Positions 47,396 through 58,086 are shown, counted from the stretch's first letter. The stretch: DNA of 64,000 bases from Terriglobia bacterium (GCA_963748015.1 CAVVHE010000009.1:480001-544000); one strand, 5' to 3'. The notes: generated by a model from the sequence alone, not told the origin. Made by a program: numbers and translations.

Positions 47396-49669
47396 CTATC
47401 GACCCTCGCGATGGAGACCGGCGGCGAGGGCGAGGATGGCGGCCGCGAGCGCCACGGCGCCGGTCGGCCAGGGCCAGGGGCTCGGCGCGGCCGGGTCGGA
47501 GCCTCGGGCCGGCCTCGGCACGGGGACGACGCCGCCGTTGCCGAGCGTCACGAGGCCGGCCCACGCGGCGACCGGCGCGCCGGAGGCGATCGCCCTGCGC
47601 TGGGCCGAGGCGAGGGCGTCGGCCACGCTCTGTCCCTCGGCGATCGCCGCCGAGAAGTCCCGCATCAGCGCGGCCGTCTCGTCGTCCCGGAGCGGCCAGA
47701 GGCTACCGACCACCGCTCGCGAGCCGGCCTCGAAGAACGAGCGGGCCAGGCCCATCACGCCTTCGCCGTCGATCCACGCGCCCGAAGCGCTCCGGCACGC
47801 GGTCAGGATCACCGTCTGGCCCCGCAAGCGCAGGTCCACGATCTCCTTCATTTGCAGGAAGCCGTCCTCGCCGTCTCCCGGCGCGAGAAGGACCGCCGAG
47901 CGCTCCGGTCGCTCGTCGTCCAGCACCGCGTGCGCAGCGAGGTGGACGACGCCGAAGCGCTTCAGGTCGGCCTTCTTCAGAGCGGCTTCGGTCGCGCCGG
48001 CCCCGACCAGCACGACGCTCGCGCCGGGGAGGGCCGCGGCCATGCCGGCGGCCTCGTCGCGGGCGCGGGGAAGCGGGTCCGTCGTGCGGCGCTCCGGCGC
48101 GCCGCCGCCGGCCGGCGCACTCCCGCCCGAGCCGGACGCGACCGCGGGATCCGCGAGGGCGAACACACTCGGTTCGGCGGACCCGTCCCCCGTCTTCTCC
48201 TTCCACCGGGACCAAAGCGTTGCGGAGGGGGCGAGCTCGATCGAGAAGCGCTCCGCGAGCGGGCGGCCGTCCTCGCCGGGCAGCGCCCCGAACGGCAGCC
48301 GGCTCAGGCAGCCGTCGGGAACGATCACGAGACGCTTCACTTCGCGGCCCAGCTTGCCCAAGGGGATTCCGAGCAGGTTCCTGTACAGGTCGGCACCGAC
48401 GAGCGCTCCGGAGTCGTCCCGCCTGCGGTAGAGGCCCAGGAGCACCGCAACCTGGTCCGGGAGGTCCTGCACCTTCGAGATCGGGAAGGCCGAGGCCCCC
48501 GCGCGCGTCACGAGAATCGCCCACGCCCCACCCTCGTACATCCGCGGGTCCGGAAAGAGCATCCCGACGGAGTAGTGGAACGACAGCAGCGCCTGGTCCG
48601 GCGCGAGACGATCGCGGATCTTCTCCAGGGATACCGGGGGAGTGCCCGCCACCCTCGCCCCCGCGACGCGCGCTCCCGCGGCGTCCATCACGTCGAGGAG
48701 GACGCGAGCGCGCATCCGCTCGACGGTCGTGAAGGCGAGATCGATATCGCCCGCGGGATCGGGAGAGGCAGCGAGTCCGTCGAGGAGCCTCCCCGCGAAC
48801 CGGTAGTAGATAAACGCCCACTGCGAGAACAGGCGGGCGCGGACCACCTCGTCGGACTGCAGGTCGCGGATCCTCTCGACCGCCTCGATCGCCCGGACGT
48901 GCGCGTCGATCCACCGCTCGCGCTCCCCGCCCTTCCAGACCAGCCACGACCGGACGATCAGCCCCCGCGCCGTGTCCTGGAGGTCGCCGTCGCCCTTGGC
49001 TTCCTCGATGACCTCGTCGAGCCACCGCTCGGCCTCGGCCCGGCGGCCGGGGTCGGCGTCGGTGACGTACCAAGCGAGGAGGCGCCGGGCGAAGCGCGCG
49101 CTTTGACGGTCGCCGAGCTTCCGGCCGATCTCGAGCGCCTTCTCGAACTGCACGATCCCGTCGGCCCCGTACAGAAGCTGGCCGAGGAGGAGTCTCGCCC
49201 GCGCCTCCGCGCCGGGGTTCCCCGCGCGCACCGCGGCGTCGATCGCTTTCGTCGCCTCGCGCACGACGTCCGCGCGGTCCATCTCCCCCAGAGTCCTGAG
49301 GCGGCCCGCGAGGATCGCGACGCTGTATCGCGCACGGGCCTCGCCGAAGAGGTCGCCCGAGCGCCGGAGCGTTTCCGCCTGCTCGAGGTACGCGGCGCGC
49401 GACGCCCGGAACTGCCCGAGCGCCCAGAGCACGCGTCCCCTGCCGGCGAGAATGGCAGCGCGGAGATCCGCCGGGCCGTCCGGGAACGCGGCCGACTCGG
49501 CTTCTTTCAGGAGGGCGGCCGCGCGGCCGTAGTCGAGCCGCTCGATCGCCTGCGACGCCTCCGCCGTCTGCGCCCGCGCGCGGGCATGGGGATCGCCGCT
49601 CTCGGCGGGCGCCGCGGGTCCGGTTCCGCCGATCAGCGCGAGGGCCAGGAGGAGCTTCCCTGTTCTCAT
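47396..49669 (-). CDS. CHAT (caspase-HetF) domain protease with TPR-like N-terminus, signal peptide and C-terminal TM
   Basis: LVIVPDGCLSRLPF, VVHLAAHA, VILTAC, VVGSLW and WAGLVTLG motifs; hydrophobic C-terminus. Confidence 0.9.
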   Translation of the reverse strand: MRTGKLLLALALIGGTGPAAPAESGDPHARARAQTAEASQAIERLDYGRAAALLKEAESAAFPDGPADLRAAILAGRGRVLWALGQFRASRAAYLEQAETLRRSGDLFGEARARYSVAILAGRLRTLGEMDRADVVREATKAIDAAVRAGNPGAEARARLLLGQLLYGADGIVQFEKALEIGRKLGDRQSARFARRLLAWYVTDADPGRRAEAERWLDEVIEEAKGDGDLQDTARGLIVRSWLVWKGGERERWIDAHVRAIEAVERIRDLQSDEVVRARLFSQWAFIYYRFAGRLLDGLAASPDPAGDIDLAFTTVERMRARVLLDVMDAAGARVAGARVAGTPPVSLEKIRDRLAPDQALLSFHYSVGMLFPDPRMYEGGAWAILVTRAGASAFPISKVQDLPDQVAVLLGLYRRRDDSGALVGADLYRNLLGIPLGKLGREVKRLVIVPDGCLSRLPFGALPGEDGRPLAERFSIELAPSATLWSRWKEKTGDGSAEPSVFALADPAVASGSGGSAPAGGGAPERRTTDPLPRARDEAAGMAAALPGASVVLVGAGATEAALKKADLKRFGVVHLAAHAVLDDERPERSAVLLAPGDGEDGFLQMKEIVDLRLRGQTVILTACRSASGAWIDGEGVMGLARSFFEAGSRAVVGSLWPLRDDETAALMRDFSAAIAEGQSVADALASAQRRAIASGAPVAAWAGLVTLGNGGVVPVPRPARGSDPAAPSPWPWPTGAVALAAAILALAAGLHREGR

Positions 49670-50328
49670 TCGACCTGGACGATGAAGGTCGCGGAATCCG
49701 AGACGCGGCCGTCCGGCAGGTAGGCCGTCACCTGCCAGAGGATCTTGGTTCCCGACGCGGCCCCCGCGAGCGACGACGGGGGCACCCGGAACTCGGGGCG
49801 GTCGAGCTTGTATCCGCGAGCGATCGGGCCGCGGCCCGTCGCGATCACTCGAACGTCGTACGTGCTCCCCTCGGGCCCGGCGCTCCAACGCAAGAGGAAG
49901 CCGTCCCGTGGAAGAGCCGCCGGCGCGTCGCCGGCGGGGCGGATCCACGAGCCCTCCTCGGAGCGGTAGACCGGCGCGCTCGCCGGCCGGACCCTCACGG
50001 CCTCGAGGGTCAGGAAGGCGGCAGCGATCAGAACGGCCGCGGCGGCGAGAGGCGCCCATCCTCTCCAGTCGAGGCGCCGCGGCGCAACGGGCTGCGAAGC
50101 GACCGCCTCGGCGCCCGCAAGGTCTCGCGCGATGCGCCATGCGGCGGAGCACGGCGCGCACGCCGCCAGGTGCCGGACCAGTCTCTCGTTCTCGCCGGGA
50201 CTCAGATGCTCGTGCGCCGACTCCCAGAGACGCTCCGGCGCCGGGCAATCCCCGAGCGGCCCGGGAAGGCTCTCCGAGAGCACGAAGGCCTCGCGCAGCC
50301 GGCCGCCTTCAGCTTCGCCGATCGTCAT
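49666..50328 (-). CDS. Zinc-finger (zf-HC2-like) anti-sigma factor with TM and periplasmic domain
   Basis: CP...HLAACAPC, TM LAAAAVLIAAAFL; ATGA overlaps on both sides. Confidence 0.85.
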   Translation of the reverse strand: MTIGEAEGGRLREAFVLSESLPGPLGDCPAPERLWESAHEHLSPGENERLVRHLAACAPCSAAWRIARDLAGAEAVASQPVAPRRLDWRGWAPLAAAAVLIAAAFLTLEAVRVRPASAPVYRSEEGSWIRPAGDAPAALPRDGFLLRWSAGPEGSTYDVRVIATGRGPIARGYKLDRPEFRVPPSSLAGAASGTKILWQVTAYLPDGRVSDSATFIVQVE

Positions 50329-50849
50329 GGCTCGAGCCCTTTGCCCTTCAGGCACTCGCGGAGATCCTTGAGGCCGCGGTAGACCAGGTTCTCGGCCCGC
50401 TTGGGCGGCCACGCGAGGCGCCGCGCCGTCTCGGGAACCGAGCAACCCTCGAGGTAGAGGGTCAGCGCCAGGCTCCTCGATCCGCCGATGCGCACGAGAC
50501 AATCGCGGATGTGGGCCGCGATCTCCCGGGCGCTCGCGCGTCGCTCGGGGTCCGGGTCCGGCGAGGCCCAGCGCTCGACGTCCTCCCGGCTCTCCATGGA
50601 CGTCTCCCTCCGGCGGTACAGGCGGCGGATCTCGTTCGCGGTCGCGCCGTAGGCCGCCTTCTCCAGGTAGATACCCGCGAAGGTGCCGGTCCCCTCACCC
50701 CGGGCGATGGTGGACGCGAGCTGGGTCAGGACGGTCTGGACGATGTCGTCGGCCTGCCGCGCCAGCCAGGCGGGGCAGGTCCGCCGGACAGCGGAGACCA
50801 CCCTGCGGCGAAGCTCCTCGGCGGCTGCGGGGTCGAGCGGCAAGTCCAC
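50325..50849 (-). CDS. ECF sigma factor (start uncertain)
   Basis: ADDIVQTVL, region 4 LYLEGCSVPETARRL...NLVYRGLKDLRECL. Confidence 0.85.
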   Translation of the reverse strand: MDLPLDPAAAEELRRRVVSAVRRTCPAWLARQADDIVQTVLTQLASTIARGEGTGTFAGIYLEKAAYGATANEIRRLYRRRETSMESREDVERWASPDPDPERRASAREIAAHIRDCLVRIGGSRSLALTLYLEGCSVPETARRLAWPPKRAENLVYRGLKDLRECLKGKGLEP

Positions 50850-51126
50850 CTCGAGGCACCCCGGCCGGGTGGGACCGGTCCGGGGAGGACAGCCTCCAGG
50901 AAATGTACCGAAAAACCGTCCTTCGCGCAGAAAAACCCGGGGAACGGGCATTCCCGGGCCCTCGCCGGAAACGTGCATCCCGCTCGGCCCCCTCGTGAGG
51001 GAGAAGGGCCGTGCCTGGTTATACATCCATATGAACACATCACCACCCGGGTGGGGCAGATCAGCCGATCCGACGCCCCGGGAACGCGCGCCGCAAACGG
51101 CGCGCCGCGAGCGAGGGAGGTATCCC

Positions 51127-54100
51127 ATGCCTGGCAAGAGACTCGTGGCACTCTCGACCGTTCTTCTCTCGTCGTTCATGGCCGCCGGGCCTGTCGCGGC
51201 CGATCGGGCGGCTGCCGGGCCGGCGGGTGTCCCGGGAGACTGGATGGCCCGTGTCCAGGAGGACATCCGTGTCTCCGAGTACCAGGTCACGTGGCAGACG
51301 CAGATCTCCCTGCCGGGCGTCGACGCGGCATGGCAGGCGCCCAACCGCGCCCACGGCTTCCGCACGTACTTCACGGAGCGCGGCGTTCGCGTGGTCCCGA
51401 GAACGGAAGCGGCGCCGTCGTGGGAATGGGGCCTCGACCTCCTCGGGCACGGGCGGGGTGAGGCGCTAGTCCCGGCTGAGAAGCCCCGGCTCGCCCCCGA
51501 TCACAACAGGCTCGACTACGACCGCGGGGCGATTCGCGAGTGGTACGTGAACTCCGAGCGGGGCCTCGAGCAGGGGTTCACGATCGCGGCGCCGCCCGAG
51601 GGCCCTCGCCGGCGCGCTGAGGATCGAGCTGGAGCTGACCGGGAGCCTCCGGCCTGTGTTCTCGACCGACGGCCAGGCCGTGGACTTCGCAACGCCCGAC
51701 GGCCCGTATGCGATCCATTACGCCGAGCTGAAGGTCACCGACTCGCGGCTCCGGGAGGTCCCCGCCTACATGGAAGGGTTCTCGCGGGACGGTCTTCGGG
51801 GGATCCGCATCGTGATGGACGACCGGGAGGCGGTGTATCCCCTGACGGTCGATCCGCTGGCGACCAGTCCGGCCTGGATGGGCGAGAGCGACCAGGCCGG
51901 CGCCTCCTTCGGCGAATCCGTCGCCACGGCGGGCGACGTCAACGGCGACCTCTACGGCGACGTCATCGTCGGCGCGATGTTCTACGACAACGGCCAGGTC
52001 GACGAGGGGAGGATCTACGTGTATCACGGCTCGGCTTCGGGGCTGTCCTCCTCTCCGGCCGCGATCCGTGAGATCAACGTGGCGAACACCCAGTTCGGCC
52101 GCTCGGTCAGCACCGCCGGCGACGTCAATGGAGACGGCTTCAGCGACGTCATCGCCGGCGCCCCCTACGACGACAACGGGGAGTACGACGAGGGCCGTGC
52201 GTACGCCTACTACGGCTCCGCCTCGGGGATCGCCGCCTCGCCGTCGTGGATCGGCGAGATCAACGAGGTCCAGGCGCAGTTCGGCGTGAGCGTGAGCACC
52301 GCCGGCGACGTGAACGGCGACGGCTACGGCGACGTCATCGTGGGCGCGCCCAAGAAGGACTACACGCCCATTCCCGGCATCCTCGACAGCGGCGCCGTCT
52401 ACATCTACTACGGCTCCGCGAGCGGGCTGCCGTCGTCGCCCTCGAGCTGGAGGCTCAACAACGAGGCCAGTTCGGATTTCGGTGCGAGCGTCGCGTGGGC
52501 CGGCGACGTCAACGGGGACAGCTACGGCGACGTCGTCGTGGGCGCGCACCTGTCGGCCGGTGGAGGCACCCATCGCGGAGCGGTGTACCTCTACGCCGGC
52601 TCCTCCACGGGACCGAACTGGGACGGGATGTGGGGTACGGTCGGCGAGCAGGACGGCTCCGAGTTCGGACACGCGGTGGCGACCGCGGGGGACGTCAACG
52701 GGGACGGCTACTCCGACATCATCGTCAGCGCCAAGTACTACGCCAACGGGCAGGCGGGAGAAGGAAAGGCCTACGTCTTCTACGGGCCCAGTCCGACGTC
52801 GACCGCGTCGTGGAGCCAAGAGGGCGAAAGCGAATCCGCTTTCTTCGGGCAGTCGGTGGGTACCGCCGGGGACGTGAACGGCGACGGGTACGCGGACGTC
52901 GTCATCGGTGCCTACGGCTTCACCAACGACCTGTCGCACGAAGGACGGGCCTACGTGTATCTCGGTGCTTCCTCGGGCCTCAATACGAGCTCCGCCTGGA
53001 TCGGGGAAGGGAACCAGGCCGCGGCCGACTACGGGGTCTCGGTCGGTACCGCCGGCGACGTGAACGGGGATGGCTACTCCGACGTCATCGTGGGCGCCTG
53101 GAGATACGACAACGTCCAAACCGACGAGGGGGCGGCGTTCGTCTACCTCGGCTCGGCGGCGAGTCTCCTTTCGGCGGCCCAGTGGTACAAGAGCGAGCAC
53201 GAGCTGAACGGCCAGTTCGGCTACTCGGTCGCGTCGGCCGGGGACGTGAACGGCGACGGGTACGCGGACGTCATCGTCGGCGCGCCGAACTACGACAACG
53301 GCGGAGTGGATTCGGGATCGGTGTTCGCCTACTACGGGTCCTCGAGCGGGCTGGCCACGAGCTCGAGCTGGGCCAACGGCGTCAACGCGAGCAGCGCGCG
53401 CTACGGGGAGGCCGTCGCGTCCGCCGGGGACGTGAACGGGGACGGCTACGACGACGTGATCGTCGGGGCACCGACCTTGACGAACAACCTCTCGCAGCAA
53501 GGCCGTGCCTTCCTGTACCTCGGCTCCTCGTCGGGGCTGACGTCGTACATCAGTTGGATGCAGGACGGCTGGTCCGGTGTGCTGACCTTCGGCCACTCCG
53601 TGGCCTCGGCCGGCGACGTGAACGGCGACGGGTACGCGGACGTGATCATCGGGGGGGGGAGCGCCGCGTGGGCCTACTACGGGAGCCCCGCGGGGCTACC
53701 GGCCCACTGGGACTGGACATTCGGTGGGGCCGAGCCGGTCAGCGTCGCGGCCAGCGCCGGAGACGTGAACGGGGACGGTTACTTCGACGTCGTGGTCGGA
53801 GCGCCCTCGGCCACCAACGGACAGACGGGGGAAGGGCGCGCGCACGTGTTCCACGGCTCGCCGACCGGACTCCACACTTCCGCCGACTGGAGCGCGGAAG
53901 GGAACCTCGCCAGCGCGGGCTTCGGAGTTTCCGTGGCTACGGCCGGGGACGTGAACGGCGACGGCTACTCCGACGTCATCGTCGGCGCGCCGGGGTACAC
54001 GAACGGAGCGAGCGGCGAAGGGAAGGCCTTCGTGTACCACGGCTCCGCCTCCGGGCTCGCTGCGACCGCCGCCTGGGGCGTGGAGGGCAGCCTGGTCTCT

Positions 54101-55210
54101 GCCGGCTTCGGCCACTCCGTGTCCACGGCCGGGGACGTGAACGGTGACGGCTATGCCGACGTGGTCGTCGGGGCCCCGGGGTATCAGGCTTCGTACGCGG
54201 GCGAGGGGATGGCGCAGGTCTTCCTCGGCTCCGCGGCGGGATTGTCCAGCGGCGCCACGCGGAGCTACTTCGGAAGTCAGACGAACGCGCACTTCGGCGA
54301 CGCCGTCGCTTCCGCCGGCGACGTGAACGGCGACGGCTACGCCGACGTCGTCGCTGGAGCGTACGGATATGACGACGCGGGCGGCTGGACCGACGCGGGG
54401 CTGGTCAGGCTCTACTACGGGAACGGCGGGCCGGGCGTCGCACCACGGCCTCGCCAGATACGGGTCGGTGACAGCGAACCCATCGCGGAGCACGGGATGT
54501 CCGACGGTCGCACCAACTTCGGCCTACAGCTCAAGCTCCGCTCTCCGTTCGGCCGCTCCATGGCCAAGCTCGAGTACGAGGCCAAGCCGCTCGGCGTGCT
54601 CTTCGACCGCTCGGGTCTGGGGCGAGGCGCAACCTGGGCCTCGACCGGTTCTTCCGGCTCGACTCGATACGAGGAGGTGACGGGAACCTCGCAGAGCGCG
54701 GCCTATCACTGGAGAATGCGAGTTCTGTACCGGCCGGCCACGAGCCCGTTCCAGCAGTGGAGCCGTTGGATGACGCTCCCGTGGGGCGGCTGGCAGGAGA
54801 TGCGCCTCAGGACGTACTCGGTGGACGCGGACACGGACGGCTACCACGACATCGAGGACTGCAACGACGCCAACGGCAACGTCTGGTCGGACCCGACCGC
54901 GGAAACCCAGAACCTCCTCTGGGGCGCGGACGAGACGTTCCTCTCTTGGAATGCGGTGACGAGCGGCCTGGGGTGTGTGCCGGCCGCCTTGGTCTACGAC
55001 GTGCTTCGGTCGGGCACGTCGTCGAGTTTCACCTCCGCGTCGTGCCTGGACCCGGACGGCGACGACACGTCCGCGAGAGAGTTCTCGAACCCGTCCGTCG
55101 GTCAGGCGTGGTACTACCTGGTCCGGGCGGACAACGCCTGTTCCGGGGCGGGCGGCCCGTTGGGCAATCAGAGCAACGGCACGCCCCGCACCGGCCGCTC
55201 CTGTCCGTAG
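51127..55210 (+). CDS. Large secreted FG-GAP/integrin-alpha repeat protein (14 repeats); frameshift near 51600
   Basis: Signal peptide; N-domain EWYVNSERGLEQGFT...YPLTVDP; 14 AGDVNGDxxxD repeats; frames 50683..52071 and 51656..55210 join at GAGGGCCC. Confidence 0.9.
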
Positions 55211-55271
55211 GAAAAGGGGCGGGCGCGTCTCGCGAGCCGGGAGCTCGACGGCGGGCTCCCGGCTTCGCTTT

Positions 55272-55814
55272 CTAGGACCGCCGCTGCGGCTTGGGCCGCA
55301 GCTCCCGGAGCTTCTCCTGCTGCTCCGGCGTGAGCAGGTTCTTGAGACGGATCAGCATCCCGAGCTGCAGCTTCTTCATTTCCGTCTCGAGCCGCATCAC
55401 CTGGTCCGCGAGGCCGAGGGCCGCCCCCTCGTCCACCCGCGGCGGCGCGATGGCGTTCCTCAGCTTCTCGACGGCCCGCCGGAGGTCGGTCTCGATGTCC
55501 AGCGTGCGGGAATGGGTCTCGTTGAGCAGCCGCTTGATGGACGTGACCTGGGGCTCGGTCAGGCCGATCGCGAGCTGATTCTCGAGCACCAACTCGGGCG
55601 GGAACAGGTCCCTCGCGAACGGCGGAGCTCCCTGGGCGCCGGGGCCCTCCGGCCTCGGCAGTCCATCCGGCCCGGGCGGACCGTCCGGCCCGCCGGGACC
55701 CGCCATGCCTCCCGGCGCGCCTCCCCCGCCCGGTGGGGGGCCGCCCGGCACGGCGTGGGCGGCGGCGGCGGCCGCGAGGGTGAGGACGAGCAGGGTCAAG
55801 GCGAAGCGTCGCAT
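55272..55814 (-). CDS. Spy/CpxP or heavy-metal-sensor-like periplasmic protein
   Basis: Signal peptide; LFPPELVL, IGLTEPQ and LLTPEQQEKL motifs. Confidence 0.85.
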   Translation of the reverse strand: MRRFALTLLVLTLAAAAAAHAVPGGPPPGGGGAPGGMAGPGGPDGPPGPDGLPRPEGPGAQGAPPFARDLFPPELVLENQLAIGLTEPQVTSIKRLLNETHSRTLDIETDLRRAVEKLRNAIAPPRVDEGAALGLADQVMRLETEMKKLQLGMLIRLKNLLTPEQQEKLRELRPKPQRRS

Positions 55815-55824
55815 CGCTACCTCC

Positions 55825-56256
55825 TCAAGGGTTCGCGCGGGACGGCGAGCCGGTGCGGACGGGTTCGGGCTCCGGTGCGGAGATCGTCGGGAGCTGCACC
55901 GACTCGATCTCGAGACTGGGAACGGCGACGGACACCTGCACTCCGGAGACGCTCGCGAAGCCGTCGGAGGGCGCGGTCCAATCCGACAGCTCGCGCGCCA
56001 TCGCGAGCTCCGCCGCGGAAAACGAGAGCCCGCCGCCGCGGTGACCGCGGACGAGCAGGACGCCCGCCGCGATCGCCGCGGTGGTCAGGGCCGCGGCGAG
56101 GACGAGACGAAGACCGCCGTGGCGGCGCGACGGCGCGGTCGCGCGCCGGCGGGCCTCGTTCCAGGTCCGGACGAAGGGGGGGGCGCCTTGCCGGTCCTCC
56201 CGCCGCACGGACTCGAAGAGTCCTTCCAGGTCCCGGTCGCTTCCGTTCCCGCTCAT
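55825..56256 (-). CDS. Putative single-TM anti-sigma factor
   Basis: ATGA overlap with sigma gene; one TM; W.APSD motif. Confidence 0.7.
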   Translation of the reverse strand: MSGNGSDRDLEGLFESVRREDRQGAPPFVRTWNEARRRATAPSRRHGGLRLVLAAALTTAAIAAGVLLVRGHRGGGLSFSAAELAMARELSDWTAPSDGFASVSGVQVSVAVPSLEIESVQLPTISAPEPEPVRTGSPSRANP

Positions 56257-56843
56257 GGACGCGCCTCGCGCGGGAGGAGCTGGCGAAGCCGGCCCTTCCC
56301 GCGCTCGTAGTGGAGCCGCGCCGTGCCGGGGGCGAGGCCCAGCACCTCCGCCGCGGACTCCACCGTCATGCCCTGATAGAACACCAGGTGCAGCACCTCG
56401 CGCTGCCGCCGCGAGAGCCGCGCGAGCGCCTCGTGGAGCAGCCTCGCCCTTTCCGAGCCGGCCAGGGTGCTCTCCGGGCCGGCCTCGCGAGCGGGCTCGA
56501 CCCGGCGGCGCCACCATCGGGCCAGGTGGATCGCATCCCGCCAGTGCGACCGGCGATGCTCGGCGGCCGTCTTGCGAATGACGGAGAACAGCCAGGTCTT
56601 GGCCGACGACCGGCCGTCGTATCGCGCCTTGCCGGTGAGGATCTTCAGATACGTCATCTGAATCACTTCCTGCGCGGCCTCCCGATCCCGCCCGCAGCAG
56701 CTGAGCGCCCATCCGAAACCGTCCGGATGGAGCGGCTCGAGACGCGAAGCGAGGTCCGCCGGGTCCATCGGCCTGCCTGACTCCCCGGTGCCCTCGATGA
56801 CTTCGTCGCGTCCCGGCGCGATCCGTATGACGCTCCCCGCCAT
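56253..56843 (-). CDS. ECF sigma factor (alternative start 56768)
   Basis: AQEVIQMTY, KTWLFSVIR, LSRRQREVLHLVFYQGMTVESAA. Confidence 0.9.
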   Translation of the reverse strand: MAGSVIRIAPGRDEVIEGTGESGRPMDPADLASRLEPLHPDGFGWALSCCGRDREAAQEVIQMTYLKILTGKARYDGRSSAKTWLFSVIRKTAAEHRRSHWRDAIHLARWWRRRVEPAREAGPESTLAGSERARLLHEALARLSRRQREVLHLVFYQGMTVESAAEVLGLAPGTARLHYERGKGRLRQLLPREARP

Positions 56844-56864
56844 GGGCCCTCGTCGGGAAAGCGA

Positions 56865-56895
56865 AGGACAGCGGCCGGCTGCCGGCCGCTGTCCT
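56865..56895. repeat. GGACAGC palindrome family, copy 5 (perfect 15-1-15)
   Basis: AGGACAGCGGCCGGC-T-GCCGGCCGCTGTCCT. Confidence 0.75.
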
Positions 56896-56910
56896 CGGTC
56901 CGGTTCAATA

Positions 56911-57750
56911 CTAGTGCGCGCCGATGACCCGCACACCCTTGAAGGAGAGCGACCCGCAGTTGGCTCCCGGAGGGGGCACGCAGGGCTGGTCCGGGGTCGG
57001 GCACGGGTGGTCCGCCGGGCAGACCTGCGGGCCGCAGACGGCGCCTTCGGGCGGCACGCAGCGATGATCCGGCGAGGGGCACGGATGATCCGCCGGGCAC
57101 GCCGGCAGCTCGCACTGGGCGTCCGGAGCCGGAACGCACGCGTGGTCGGGGCCCGGGCACGGATGATCCGCGGGGCAGGGCGGCGGAGGGCAGATGCCGT
57201 TCGGGCACGGAGGATGATCCGCCAGCGGGTGCAGCGGCCGCACGTCGAGCGGGATCGTCAGGGGCGGAGGCGCGGGCACGCCAGGGGCGCTCGCGACGCT
57301 GGTGGTCAGGTAGGCCGAGATGACCCCCATCGGCGGTTCGGGCGGGAGCTCCGTGGTGGCGGCGGGGGCCGGCGGGAGCTCCGGCCGGAAGAACTGCACG
57401 CGTACGGTCCCGGACACGAACGCCGGCGCCGCCGGTCCCACTATGGCGCGCACCAGGACGTGCGCCGTGGCGCCGGGCGCGATCGCCGGCAGCGGGAGCA
57501 GCGACACGGGAAGCCCGGTGTCGGGAACGAACGCCAGCTCGGCCGCCAGCGGGCCACGCCCCGCGTTGGTCACGAACAGATCGGTGCGCGTGCGCGCGCC
57601 GTCCGGTCCCACGCCGTCGGTGGCATGGGAAACGAGGAAACCGGGGAAGAGAGGCGGGCCGAGCGGCTCCGGCGGCGTCTGCGCCAGGGCGCCCGCCGAG
57701 GCGAGCGCGAGGACCGCGACGGTCACGACGAGAAACCGGGGCAATCTCAT
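56911..57750 (-). CDS. Secreted protein with three 26-aa Cys/His/Pro-rich tandem repeats
   Basis: RBS CAGGAGG; signal peptide; CPADHPCPxPDxxCVPxxxAxC repeated at 57177, 57099 and 57021. Confidence 0.8.
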   Translation of the reverse strand: MRLPRFLVVTVAVLALASAGALAQTPPEPLGPPLFPGFLVSHATDGVGPDGARTRTDLFVTNAGRGPLAAELAFVPDTGLPVSLLPLPAIAPGATAHVLVRAIVGPAAPAFVSGTVRVQFFRPELPPAPAATTELPPEPPMGVISAYLTTSVASAPGVPAPPPLTIPLDVRPLHPLADHPPCPNGICPPPPCPADHPCPGPDHACVPAPDAQCELPACPADHPCPSPDHRCVPPEGAVCGPQVCPADHPCPTPDQPCVPPPGANCGSLSFKGVRVIGAH

Positions 57751-57914
57751 GATTTCGTCCTCCTGATGGGCGGCTCGTCTCGAAACGCCGAGGCGGCCGG
57801 GGTCCGATCGAGTCAAATTCGGCACGGGCATTCGGTGATCTCCTCGACACTTCGTTTCCGGTGTCTTGGTCGGCGGCCGCGGTCTCTTGTATGACAGGGC
57901 CAATCACCCCTGCA

Positions 57915-58081
57915 GCGTCGGGAGCCCGGGGCCCGTGTCGACTCGAAGCGGCCCTCTTTTCGCGCGGCCGGTTCTTCCATACAAGGCCGCGCGAAAAGCG
58001 GAGCCAGGCGGCGCGGCGACGTTAGCCGCGCAACGCCGCAGCGTGCCGCGCGAGTCGACACGGGCCCCGGGCTCCCGACGC
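57915..58081. repeat. Long structured intergenic element with perfect 31-bp inverted repeats
   Basis: 57915-57945 is exactly complementary to 58051-58081; inner 14-bp stem CTTTTCGCGCGGCC/GGCCGCGCGAAAAG. Confidence 0.8.
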
Positions 58082-58086
58082 GGGGG

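Noticed and set aside
51920..54350. Regularly recurring GCCGGCGACGTGAACGGCGACGG-like DNA repeats as a possible CRISPR array
   Set aside because: They are in-frame FG-GAP codon repeats with synonymous variation and spacing of roughly 150-200 bp; no cas genes
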